From positions 124,001 through 188,000 of the forward strand of contig CT867997.1 of the NCBI GenBank assembly GCA_000165425.1: 64,000 nt of DNA, read 5' to 3'. Positions 12,410 to 25,478 of this stretch are shown piece by piece. Under the pieces are notes generated by a model. It saw nothing but the letters and a program-made list of their open reading frames with translations. It made no database searches and had not been told where the DNA came from. The translations under genes were made by a program, and so were the position numbers. Every line of letters starts with the position of its first letter. Within the stretch, counting starts at the first letter, position 1. Origin of the DNA: Paramecium tetraurelia (taxonomy: Eukaryota).

Positions 12410-14263
12410 ATGAGCAATGAGGAAAAGAATCAAGAGAATGAATAATCATAAAAAAGATAAAGACGACCTAGATAACATACAAATTAAGAAGAATCTGATT
12501 AATTTTGGAAAAACAATTAATATTTTGCTCAAGGTTAAATTGATGATGATGATGATGATGAGTCAGAGGAATATTATCCATAATAATCATCATCTGCATC
12601 TGAAGAAGTCTCTTAAGAAAATGATGCATGTGACTTTATAGATTCATTGGAATAATGGGAAGATTGTTCTGAATCTAAAGTATAGTAATAATAGTACTAA
12701 GAATCACCATCTAAAAACTTTCTAAAACTAATGAGAAAAAATTTAGAGCAATTCTCTACAATGAGAGGAGTGCACACATAAGTTGATATTGCAACATTGC
12801 CTAGATTAGGAGAAACATCTTATGTCTATTTTAATGAAGAGTAGAAATTTAAAAATGAATTTCAAGATGTTTTAAATAGATTCTATAAATCTATTCCTTG
12901 TGATAAGTAACGCAGAGGTGGAGATGATCAAAGCAAATGTAAAACAGAATTTCATGGAGATTTATTTGATTTCGAAGATAAGAGGTATTTCATAGATATT
13001 GAAATTCTGCAATTGCAAAGAATCCTAAAATTATACAAAACATAAAAATTTGATTCCTACCTTGCTTATCGTAAATTGACAAGAGACTAAAATTTGGATT
13101 TTGAATAATCCTTATATAAATAACTAGATATATTAAGATAAAAGAAAAAATAACTTGAGGCTCAAATGGAAGAAGAAAAAAGATGCTACAAATTATCAAT
13201 AGATTAATAATACATTTTAAAATTGAAGGAATATGCTAACTGCTTTACTCCTAGATATATTTAAAGTTAAAGTAATACGAAGTATGATCAAATGTAATTA
13301 AGTGAGAAGTAAACCTTCTAAATATATCCATATGAATAATAGCCTCAATGGTTAGTTCAATATTAAGAAACCTTCCATATTTTTAAATAGAAAATCTCAT
13401 TGCTTTAGGCTCCTCTCTATTTTTATAGTTTTCAGGATGCAAACGCTTTAAAGATATCTTCTCATCTTATTTTGAAATCTTTAAAATAATTGGAAGAAGT
13501 ATCCAAAAATAAATAAATTGCAAAGATATTTATTGATCTCATGAACTCACTCTTCAATATAGACATTCCTGAAGCAGATCTACTTTTCAATAGTGAACTT
13601 TTAAATGAGGAAATAATATCCATTTTAACATCTTAGGAGAAGTAAACCCTATTGGATTAATCTGAATAGTATAAGCCATTCCCAACACCTGATGATCCAG
13701 GAGCAGAAACACAAACTAAATTGAAGTTTTATCCGAATTTCAAAACTGAAGATTACAGCCTTTATGTGAGACCTGTGTTTGAATTTTCAATGAGATTTCT
13801 GTATGAAATCTATCTAAGAATTTAAAAGATTACATAAATGCAAACTAAGATAGCATACAAAAATAAAGAGTATAGTATTGGAAATTTAATAATCGAATGT
13901 TGCTATAAGTATTTAGAAGACGAGATATCATATGCAGCATGGCTTACCATTTGCAAATCAATTCTTAATGAGAAGGATTCCATTGAATTATCAATTCTAA
14001 TTTAACTGGTCTAAATGTTCCGTAGATTGTTTTATCAATATGATGAATGGACGGTTGAGCTATTAATAAATTGGATATCTAAAGTATTAGGTGAAGATAG
14101 TAAAATTCTGAAAGGTGATGTTTAATTGTCAAATTTGAGTATTCAAGACATAATTTTAAAATTGAAAAATCATGTAGAGTTATCAAATGCAAAGATGGCT
14201 AGAATACAGACAGTAGATGGGTTGATGATCATTCATGTCTTTGAATTTTCATAATTATATTGA
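12410..14263 (+). CDS. Sin3-like protein: HDAC-interaction domain plus C-terminal-like region, no PAH repeats
   Basis: LGETSY...DVLNRFYKSIP...KTEFHGDLFDFEDKRYFIDIEI and CYKLSIDQQ resemble Sin3 HID motifs (SY..VLND.WVS.P..KNQYEE.LF..EDERFE.D; YKSLDHQ); MRFLYEIYLRI resembles Sin3 C-terminal FRL.QILYERL. Confidence 0.7.
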
Positions 14264-14334
14264 AAAATATATACATTTATATATTTAACAACAATTTTTA
14301 ATATTAATTTAATTGTTAAATATTCATAAACGAT

Positions 14335-15323
14335 ATGCTTAACCAATCAAGATATTCTCCAGTACCTCTATTATTAATAATATCAGGTCAATTCATCAAG
14401 ATACCAAAAGTCAAGTGATAATATTGGTTTTAGTGCATTTCAAGTCACTACTTAAATGAATAAACGTCAATTGGCAGAGTTCAGGAAGGAAGTCAGAGAC
14501 AATATTTTACATCGTGAACCATTCGTTGAACATCAACAAAAATCAAATTACTATTTAGGAAATTGGGGAAAACGTGATAGACCCACTCTGTAAGAATTCT
14601 TAATATTTTAGAGATTAATTAAGTTAAAGAAGAACACCAACTAGCAAAATTCCTGGAGGATTAAATTATGATGAAATATTGTAACATAGTTTTATATTCC
14701 ATAGTAGTACAAGGCGAAATGAAGCTCAATCTAAAGCTGATGCTTTAACCAAACTATATCAAGCTGATAAAGGACCACATATACAGGTTAAAGTTGATTC
14801 CTTTTTTGATAACCCATTTACTATACCTACAAGGATGAATACTTTAGGATCTGGCTACAAAGACTCTCCATAAAAGTCGTAATAAAGGTTGGAGAGATTT
14901 AAGAGTTGGGATAGTAAATTAGATGTTCAATTGAAACTGTAAAATAAGGCCATATCCAATAAAGTCCTTGGAGAATAGCCAGGATTTTATAAATATATTA
15001 ATGAAGCTAAACAAGGACTCCTTGATTAAAATTATACTCCAACTCTTTCTGTAAGAAACAAAAACAGCTTTAGAGATCAAAATCAAATCAAAGATCTCTT
15101 CAGTGTAACCCCAAGATAAAATAATTCAAGACATGTATCTCCTTAGTTCACAAATAAGAATGCAGAAAAAATTCCATTAACAGATATTGTAAGAATGACT
15201 TCACATTTTTCATCATTATCCACTTAAGAAGTTAAGAGGGTTTCATCAGGGTACTTTTAGGAACTCATAAACTTACAATAGTCATTGCAGAGAATGATTA
15301 GTTTGGGAACAAAGAATTATTGA
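14335..15323 (+). CDS. Uncharacterised protein
   Basis: Code-6 ORF with 3 tiny introns, ending LGTKNY*. Confidence 0.75.
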
Positions 15324-15364
15324 ATTTTTAAATATTTCTACTATTCATTGATAAAAATTTAATT

Positions 15365-16676
15365 TCATAATAATTTTTGGCTTGATTATTGTATCTCTTA
15401 AGATCTAGAAAGTAATGTTTCCTAGCTTTATACTCCATATTATATATATGGGCCATTTATAAAATATTGATGTATGAATTGCATTGGTAATTGCTGTGGG
15501 TAATAATACATCATTTTATAAGTCTAAGGAGTATTATATATTAAGGGGTAAGGAGCATAACAACTTTGAGATATATTAAGACTCTCTTATAATTGATCAA
15601 GTTTGTTAACTTAATCAAATTCTACTTCTTGTTTAATCTAACTTTATTAATTAGAAAGTTCTTCTTTTATAGCTTATTTCTGCTTTGATTATTATATTTA
15701 TTCCTACTCTTGCTATTAGCCTATAATATTGAGTCATATTTACTAAAATTGAAATGAATATTTAATTTATTATTTTCTTAAATTATAGCTGTTTATAACT
15801 TAACATTTTCCTAATCCAATTAATCTAATTATTTGTCTATTATATTATTTTATTTTTTCTCCTTATTTCTAGTTGATCCATTATTAGATGATCTCTTTGA
15901 TAAATTAAGATAATACACTCAATCTTTTTCGAATTTTAAGTTTGCCAATTGTCGTCCTTTTGAATGTTTTGCTTTATTGATGATTTAAATTATCCTTTTG
16001 AATTGACTGCTATATTTCATTATTTTGCTGTGGAACAACATAATATGGATTTTCTATATTAAAATAACGCTTTCGAATGTATGAGTAATATCTATTTTTT
16101 ATTATGTTTTCCTATTTTAAAATTAATTAAGAATACAGGTCTTCCTTGCAACAATTTTGATATTTTGCACCATTTGGATCCATAGTTTTTGTATCCTTCA
16201 ACTATAATCATATCTTCCTCCTTGGTAAAAGGTTCTTTATTAATTTCTGGATTCAATTTATTAACAAATCTTTCTCGTACCTGTTTGCTGGTACGATTGG
16301 GTATGCATTTGGCAATTTAAACCCAATTTTTGTTATGCACTTGCACTAATCTTAAAAGTAGCTAGTCTTCCTTGCTTGTCCATGGTTTCCTAATATTATA
16401 CTGAAAATTTTCATTAAACTATACATTGTAGGGTTTGATTCTTTTCCATCTCTAAGCACATTGGGAAGGGTTGCGGTTTGGTAATGCTTATGCAACTAAG
16501 AGCCAATTGGTGCTATATATTTTTATAGCTTATTTTAGTTGGTTGTCTTCTTTGAGTGACCAGGCTCGTCTAGTTTGACTGCCATTTTTTTATATGTCAT
16601 CGTTATCACAAATATTTGAGTGTATTTGGTTGTCGGAAGCCTAGTTATTCGGTTCTAAAGATTGGGCTTGATCCAT
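15365..16676 (-). CDS. R1R2R3-type Myb transcription factor
   Basis: Three repeats: WSLKED..W..VAQALPNRNPSQCAQRW; WTSKED..W..IA..IPNRTSKQVRERF; FTKEED..GSKWCKISKLLQGRPENIIKNRYY; Q-rich tail. Confidence 0.95.
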
Positions 16677-16859
16677 TATATTTATTTAATATTAATTCAA
16701 AAAACAATCATCAGAGCCTTCTATTTACATGACTACAAATCTAATACAAAATAAATAGGATAACGTATAAAGTTACTCTATAGTTAACAATATTAAATCA
16801 TACCTTTATAGTCTATTCTCTTAAAAGTTTTAAAATTGCTTAGAAAAAGTTAAGTTGAA

Positions 16860-18250
16860 AGAATAATGTCAAGTTTAGACCAAACTCTTTTATCAATACT
16901 TCAACTAAAGACTAACCTGTATAATAATCTACACAAATAACTGTATTTTATATGCTAATATTACTTATTTAATGAGATAACTCAGAGTAAAATTATCTCT
17001 ATTTAAAATAAGAATAATTATAATCATATATTAGTTTCACTAAATTATTCACTAATACCTCACTGCTATAAAATTTGTAATTCCTTTGCTAACTTTGTAT
17101 CTAGAATTTGATAATTATTTGAAATTTATCTGACTGTTCATCTGTCTAACTTATATAAATTTGATATCTTGCAACAAAATATAGAATACTTGATCAAAAA
17201 TTAAGTGTAGCAACAAGGGAATTTACTCTCAACACCTTAGTCATGATGATGAAATATAAATTTAAAAATTGTGGATAATTTTTCTAAACCCACCTAATAA
17301 ACTAGCTTAACTTTATCTCAAAAAATCTGTTATGCCTCATTTCATTAATCGATCCTTTGTTTTACTTTTTGTTAAAAGGAGAGTATATAGATTTCGGTTT
17401 TTAAATTATTTTATTAATATAATTTATAAAAATAACGTTATTTATGTATTTGTTATAAGTTTTTAAGAAGTAAATTCAACGACATCATTAATATTTGTAT
17501 TTTTATGATTGACTCGAAATTTCAAAGCCAAATATAACTTGGTTAAAAAAAAATTGGAGTAAACAAAGTAAAATAATCTAGTAATTTATAATATTTTTTT
17601 AATATATTTCTATATTATTTTAATTAATTTTATGGCGGTGATTTCCACATTGAGATTCATTAAGATTAAATATTTTCAAATTCTATTAGCTGGGATCAAA
17701 ATATGGCAGCATATTACAGCAATAACTATGCTTTCTTCTAAGCTACTTGTGTTGCATGCCTGAATCAGAATGGATAAAATTGAATTGGATATTTAAATGG
17801 GTTTAAATTTAGCTTTAAAATTCATAATGTAAGGTAATAAGTTACTTTGAGATTCAAATTATTGGGTTGCTAATAATTAGTTAAGACTTTGCTAAGGAAA
17901 TTTACAATATTATAAATATATTAATGTTACTTAGTAATTAGAATTTCATTAGCTCTGTGTATGCGTTTTTGAAGTAAAAGTAGCAATCTTTTGAAAGTAA
18001 ATCATTAATATTGGCTGCCAGCATGATTCTAGTGTTAAATCATTATGCTTCTCCGATTTGAATATTTATTAGTATTTCTATATTGATAATAAATTTTTAA
18101 TATGTATAAGGATTTGAACAATTTGAACTTATTATCAAGGTTTGATCTAATTTATACTCTAATATTGACCCCTAAACCAATATAATTTAAGGGACAGAAA
18201 GAATAATATTTAATTTAAACTTATCAAAAATGCTATAGAAAGCTATTCCT
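16860..18250 (+). pseudogene. Decayed coding remnants, partly WD40-like
   Basis: Fragments such as HQDQIFSNSISWD, FQATCVACL and QHDSSVKSLCFS are broken by TGA stops and frameshifts. Confidence 0.35.
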
Positions 18251-18310
18251 TTTATAATTATAGTGTTAGCTGACGACTACTATCTAATTACTCTGATTTT
18301 GATAAATATT

Positions 18311-19420
18311 ATGTCAAATAATATCAGAAAAATTATGAGTGATTTCGATTCAGACGATGACTACGAAGTCAATAATTTCATTCAATCATTTAATAATAAT
18401 AAATAAGGGGACCAAGTAATATATTGATTAAATCGATACAAGAAAAAAATGATTCTGTGTTTGGCTAGATGATAAGATTGGAAAATAATATTGAAGTATT
18501 TAGGACATATGGACGGACAATCAGTTTAATTAACTATTATCTAAAATTATATACATCTAGCAATTACTATATTCGGGGAAATTGGAAGAGATACTTGAAT
18601 TATTTCTAATTACTTTAATCACATAAATTTAATAATATTGTTTCTGATTTTGAATATTTAGGAGGAATCAATAGAAGATAGATTTCATATTAATGAAATC
18701 AATTTGAGCAGCCATATTGAATAAAATGATTAAAGTAAATTGCTTAAGAAGGTCTTAGATTCAAGTTCATGGATAGCGTAGAATTCTAAACGCTAAATGG
18801 CCGATATACCTGATGATTAGAATTAACAAAATGATAAATTTACTAATGATAGTATTTTGAATGATTAAAGACATGTAGATTTAAAATTTGCCATTTATTA
18901 TAAAATTGATAATCAGAATAAATTTGAACAACTAGTCTATTAAACTTTAATTATAACTCATTTTGATGATTAGATTTGGTTGAATGATGAATAAAATGAT
19001 CGCTGAGATGCCCAACAAACCTAAGAAGAAATAAATACTGGGGATAAAATAGAAAAATATTAATCAATAATACCCAATAAATTATGAAAAAAAATTCAAA
19101 TGTTAGAATTCAGACTTTTATTCCTTAATGATATTAAAACTTGATCAAAAACTTATTCATTTTTGCTTTGTTATGCATAAAACAATAATATCAAGATTAA
19201 TTAATAATTCTCAAAAATAATAACAACATCAACTGTAAATCTTATGTTTTATAATACAAATTAAGAACAAAACTTAATAAAAATGAAAGTATTATTGACT
19301 TACTATCCAATTAAAAAATCAAATGTGAATTTTTAAATGGAAGTCAACCATAGAACCAGTTCAATAATATCCTATTTTGACAATATAATTTAATATAATT
19401 ATTAGTAGTAATATATTATT
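18311..19420 (+). pseudogene. Truncated or decaying gene (MSNNIRKIMSDFDSDDDY...)
   Basis: Two plausible introns, then an in-frame TGA at 19004-19006 with coding-like sequence and further stops downstream. Confidence 0.5.
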
Positions 19421-19539
19421 TCATATTTATTTCAATTCTGAAATTGAGTTTAATCTTTTTGTAATAATTTAAGGAGATTTCTGCAAATAAATTTATAATT
19501 ATTATTATTGAAATCCTAAAATTTATGATTACTTTTTTT

Positions 19540-19740
19540 TATATTTTAGTAATCGTAATGTAATTTACATTAGTAACCCAATGTTGTTTAACTATGTTTA
19601 CTAAATCCTACTTGGCTAGGGATCCTTATAAAATGATATTGTGGCATAAAATAGTGAAGATTGCCCTTAATAATAATAATGAATCAGTCCTCTATGGTTT
19701 TCCATACTTCAATATCTTTACCATATTATATAATATATTG
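19540..19740 (-). pseudogene. Coding remnant with in-frame TGA
   Basis: NGKDIEVWKTIED*FIIIKGNLHYFMPQYHFIRIP; no start found. Confidence 0.35.
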
Positions 19741-19959
19741 AATAATTAAATGATTAAAAATAATCATTCTTTTCAAAATTAACAAAATTATACCTTCAAT
19801 GAGATAAATACTATTGCTATTAAAGTGAGATTGGAATTTTTAATTTTCTTAAGCAATTTATTCTTAACAATCTCTTTATCAAATCTTATTTATAATTTAA
19901 TTAAATAGATATGTATAATGTTTTCTTAAATGTTATATATATTTATAAATGATGTCATC

Positions 19960-20382
19960 TCAACCAAGGTACTCGATTTGAACGTTAGTGAGAAAATTAT
20001 TGCAGTTGGTGACTCCTAACGCTTGAAGAGCCTTGATATGGATATCAAGTTTAGGATGGGAAGGACCTCCAGCTCCAACATCACCTTTTTCTGCAATAAT
20101 GGACTTTCCATTATAGGTAATCTTAAGCTTGTACTTATAAGCTAAATTTCCAAGAGCACTGAAATCCTTAACTTTATAATCTTTTGATAACTCAGCATAA
20201 TAGATTCCAGCATAAAGGTCGTTATCGCGATATCCAATTTTATCAGTAAAGCAAGAGGCTAAGACTGTTTCTATTTTACCTTCAACCTCAATTCCAAAGA
20301 ATTTATTGATAAAATTCTAAAGCTATGTAGAAGCTGAAGTCAAAGCAATACAAAGGGATAATAAAATGATAATCTTTTTCAT
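19960..20382 (-). CDS. Secreted 140-aa RlpA-like double-psi beta-barrel protein (putative lytic transglycosylase)
   Basis: Signal peptide MKKIIILLSLCIALTSA; core YAELS..DFSALGNLAYKYKLKITYNGKSIIAEKGDVGAGGPSHPKLDIHIKALQALG; intronless, 423 nt. Confidence 0.8.
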
Positions 20383-21174
20383 TTTTTTTTTAATTAATGA
20401 ATATTTAATATATCATTTTATCTTATAAAGAGAATAAATTTATAATCTAAGAAATAATTTTATAAAAATAAAAGTCAAACATAAAAAGAGAAACAAAACC
20501 AACAAAAAGAAAACTAATTAGCAATTCCCTCAGAGTTCATTTAGATTGAAAATATTTTGATAATGAATGGATTAATCAGAATTCTATCTTATAAACTAAA
20601 CATGATAAATTCATGGTTGGCAATTTTACATTCATTAATTCAATAAACTCTTTATTTTTGCTTGAAGAACTACAAATGCATCTAAAAATAATAAGTGATT
20701 TCAACCAATTATCAAATTGAATTTTCATAAATTAGAATTTTTGGTATTCTTATAGAGATGTGAAGTTCTTAAATTTGAATTAGAAATCTCAGAATAGTTG
20801 AAATCTGAATTACATTCTAATATATGTTGGTGAAACATCAAATTAAATGATGAAAGCGCTAATAAAATATTTTTTAAAGTAAAATCCTTACAATCTTTTT
20901 ACTACATTTTCGAAATTATCAACATGGAATGCTTCTTACTTAATTTTGATTTTTAGTGATAGCTTGTAGAGCAGATTTAAGTTTTGGTAAAATAAAAAGA
21001 TCGTGAGTACATACTAATTAAATACGTCTTTTATTTATTAAATTTAAGAATGTATTTATGATAGTAGTTTAATAAAATATAGTTTTACTAAATTCAAGAT
21101 AGATTAAATAATTTCTTTTAAGAAATATCTTTTTTGATGAGAAAATAAAAATGTATAAGAAATTACATCTATAT

Positions 21175-21875
21175 TCATAATTAAAGTGCTAATAATTTTT
21201 TGATACACCACAACTTTGAACTACAATCTTAATTTTCATCATAAAGATTTAGGATTATGTGAATTTTTATTTAAATTATCTGATTATTTGTAAATGTGCT
21301 AGAAAGCATTTGAGTTATAGTGTCAAAGGTTTCAAAAGTGCAGCAAAAAAGCTAATTTTAGCCATTAATTTTCAATTAGATTTATAACACTAACTATTAC
21401 AATAATATACTTTAATCTTCTTTAAACGAAGATATTTATGAAAAATCTGAATGGCTAATTTCACATTAATTTTCAGTTTCTGCATCTGCTTCACTAATAT
21501 GTTGTTCTGGAATTAATTAATTAATTTATTCTTCTTTTTATTCATTTTTTACAGGAGCAGGTTCTACACACACTTTATCCTAAGTAATTGTAGTTTAATT
21601 TTCATTGATCTCCTTATTTGCTAGTTTTAATTGTATCTTTTGGGCTTTTTTAGAGACTTTAGGAAGCTTTCTTTAATTAGAATAATTGATTTTTGTAATA
21701 TTATTTGCATTTTTATTAGACTCTAGAGATTTAATATACAGATAGAGTTATTTTGTTTAAAAGAAAATTTGCTATATGATAAACAATAACTAAAAATAGA
21801 TTTGAATTATGTTTAATGTTTTTGGTAGTAGAATGCTTGTGTATTTTAAAAATATTTTACTTGAAATTTTGCATT
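21175..21875 (-). CDS. Uncharacterised ORF, possibly decaying; 5' end uncertain
   Basis: Open about 220 codons in code 6 (KLPKVSKKAQK...VCVEPAPVKNEQKEE...KKLLALQL*). Confidence 0.45.
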
Positions 21876-23335
21876 ATAATTGAAATTCCAAAGAATAATG
21901 AAGTAAGGATATCAATTTTATTTTTCCAATCTATCAAGAATAAAATTGATATTCCTATAGACAAGTTTATCACCTACATCGATATCAGAATCAAATACTT
22001 TATTTGTGGGAATTATGGAAGTTAATTAAGGATGCTACATCATCAAGTTAGAATCATTAAATTCAAAGGGTTATGTTTCATATATTTGTAAAAGTGAATT
22101 CAAAGTGAGTATTGAAACAACTATTCTACTTGAGGAGCGAGACATTTATTATATTATAAGTATTGAGAACCAATTATAAGAGAATTGACATTTATCTGAA
22201 TAAATTAAATCCTAAGTTTATTCACCTGAACACGAACCCCCATCAAATTTTAATTTGTATAATTTTCAATATTTATAAAGAAAAATTTTTATATTAATCA
22301 ATTAAGTTAAAGCTTTAAAATATATATATATAACCTATCGAAAACTAATTAAAGATTTAACCTAGCTAAATGGTTGCTTTCCAACTAACAGTGTAATTCG
22401 GAAAAAAATTAATCATATTCTTTGTTAATTACTAAAAGTCATCGTTATCTCCACTTAATTTAAGACAAACTCTCACAGATTTTGTAAAATAATTCTATTT
22501 AATTGAGAACAAGGTTCGATTTAGAAATAGACTAAAATAAAAGTAAACATAATTTAAAAGTATCAATGGAATATACATAATTGAGGTGAGCAAGTCATTA
22601 TTTGTAAGTCCATTTTTTCTTTTAACCTAAGTTTAAATCAGCCAGAGTAATTATTTTCTAAGCAAAGCATTTATTAAATATAAAAAATTTTAATTTTATT
22701 TTAAAAGAATCGAAAATGAATCTTAACTCACATATTATTAAATTATAAAAACAAGTATAATAATAAAGCTTGAAAAATTTAATGTAAATCAATTTATTTA
22801 GATATTTTTTATTATTGTTTTATTAAGTAATTTTTTTATAATTGTTCTAAATGTTTTGATGCACTATTATTCAAAGCCCATACATAAGAGAAATTCTGCT
22901 AATTATTTAGAAATAAGAGATAATAATACTTCTATTCTTGCTAATATAATGGTATCAGAACACAACATTAAATCTCCTTAGTTGATTTGAGTGATTAATT
23001 AGAATCATTTTTATTTAAAATTTTAGATGATTTATTTATAGATTTAAATAGTTTTTCTTTAACCTTAAAAAATAATGCTGTTATAATTAATTCAATTCTC
23101 TTACTCTGTTATTTGATTCAATCTTTGAATATGATTGTTTTAAGAAGCAAATGGAGATGAGGATAAGAAATTTACAATCACTTTATCATAATATTAAATT
23201 GATATCATATGCTTGTAATACTGTGTTGTATTGATAATTAGAATATATATAGTGATAAGACTTTTAATTATGATGAATAAACCTAGTTAGCAATAACGAT
23301 TAAATTTGCAATTTTAATGTACATAATTCATCCAA

Positions 23336-23573
23336 TCATCTTAATCTTCTAGCTTCTCTTTCGCATTCCATAAGCTCTAAGGTGTCTCCCTTTCTAACTG
23401 GACCCATAACATTTCTAATTAATGTTCTTTATTATCCAACCAATTAAACTTTAACTTATGTAATACCACCTCTAGATCCTATGCAATTTATTATAAATTT
23501 TGTTACCTGTTCTTCCAATAATTTCAATAACAGTTGCTCTAGTTCCTTCAACTCTGTCTTTAGTGGAGTCCAT
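23336..23573 (-). CDS. RPS28: 40S ribosomal protein S28 (eS28)
   Basis: IIGRTGSRGGITQVKV...[27 protein letters not shown]; 28-nt intron 23479-23506. Confidence 0.99.
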
Positions 23574-23791
23574 AGTTTTGTTTGTTAATTTTTAATTAAA
23601 TGATTTTAGATTTTATGAACAAAAGCTCTCATTATATATATATTAATTATATAAGAATTAAATAAGGAACACTTAAAAGAAAAAGTATCAAATCTATTTT
23701 GGAACATAAGCTTAGGAAATTAAAAATCGATTCTTAAATATTTATGAGACCTGCAGTCTTATATTTTGATATTTAATTTTATATTAATAAA

Positions 23792-24688
23792 ATGTCAGAA
23801 TGTTCACTGTCTCCAATTGATTTTTGTGATCTAAAACATGTTAGAACTATACAAGTTAATAGATAAGAAGAAAGGTTTTAAAAGAAAAGAACATTGTTGT
23901 ATTAGAATAAAGAGATGTTGGAAAAGGAATATCTGAAATTAAATCAAAGTTGTGATTGTTCTGAGTGTGGAAAAGGGAGCAAGTATTTCGAGATGATCAA
24001 AAAACAATACCCTTTTAACGAATCAAGGTAATAGTTTATAAGATTGAAGATGGTAAAAACGAAGAAGAGTCCTAAGGAGATTTAAAGCTGTAATTAATGC
24101 GATCATTTTCATCCTCACCTATAAAATGGAAGCTATCAAAAGGTTTAGAAAGAGAATGCATATCCTAAAGGCGGTTCGAAATTTGACAACCATAAGAAAA
24201 CCATAAGCAATTGTTCCACCCCATTTATAACCCTAACCTGTCCTTTTGATTCCTTAGTCTCATTAGTCACATAGGTTAAATTATTCAATAATTGAAGGAT
24301 TAAAACCGCTCCAGAGAATGATGATGCTTTCTAACATCAAATTTAGAGTCATGGCAAAGAACCAAGAAAAAGTTAAGTATCTTAATATATAACAAAAATG
24401 TTTAAGGATGCAAACCCTAAATAAGAAATTTATCTTAAACCTCTTTGCGGTATAAATCGAAAGTCATTTCAATCAACAAATGCAAAATCAATTACCTAAA
24501 CTTCATTTTCGCCTCATACTCACTCCCATTATTAATCATTTTAAACAAGTTTATTACCTTACAGTCATTTTCACAAAGACTCAATCAAAAAAAATAACAA
24601 AGATCCCTCCAAGTAAAATAATAAAGATATTGTAAAAATCATAGACTCGTTGAAAGTTAAACATAGGATTATTTAATGTAAAAAATGA
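23792..24688 (+). CDS. Uncharacterised basic protein with CDCSECG motif
   Basis: Intronless code-6 ORF MSECSLSP...IIQCKK*. Confidence 0.8.
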
Positions 24689-25478
24689 TTATAAATATAT
24701 ATTTATAAAAAAAATTTTTTATGAATTTATTTATAGAGGATTCTTCTAAAATTGCTATCTAATTGTAATTAATAAAAATCAATTTCAATATTACTCTTAT
24801 CATCTAATAAGAATAGAAATTCTCTAAAGTAACTCTTACCAAATATAATATGATTTTTACAAAAAAGTAAAAATAAGTTTATATTATTAATTTCTTTAAA
24901 ATTCTCATCATAATTACATATGATTTCTACAAATTTAAAAGTGGTCAATTATTAACCCAAGTTATAAAATTATTTTACTTGAAAGGTGTTTTTGTAAATT
25001 TCCAATCGTAATTAATTTATTCTCATTTTAATGATTGATGAAAATTCAACTATCATTCTCATTTCCTTAATAAGTTTTATGATCTAAAATATGCTTTTTT
25101 GAGTTATAATTTATTGATAATTATTTATTAATTATTATAGCATTTAATAGTAATTCAAAATAAATAATAGTTCTAATTTTTCCAGTCGGTGAATTTACAT
25201 ATTCATTTTAGATGAATACAATTATATAGGAATATTAAGTTAGCTTTGATTCTTCGTCTAAGTTTTAGATTTATAAATTCTTTAATGTTAAAAGGGTTCT
25301 AAATTAATATAAACGAATTATTCTTTTCCTTTTGATAATCCCAAGAAATTATCTATTTTAACGAGTAAATTTCTTCAATTACTAATCAAATTAAACTCCA
25401 ATTCGTTTTAATTTAGATTCTAGAGTATAAATTATATCAATCTTAATCTATTAATTATTAACGAATTTATTTCGTAAA

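Noticed and set aside
19004..19006. In-frame TGA as selenocysteine or readthrough
   Set aside because: No redox motif, no evident SECIS, and more stops and frameshifts follow; pseudogenisation is simpler.
16700..23300. Transposon or retained IES
   Set aside because: No terminal inverted repeats, DDE/RT motifs or convincing TA-bounded insertions recognised by eye; needs a germline/MAC read comparison.
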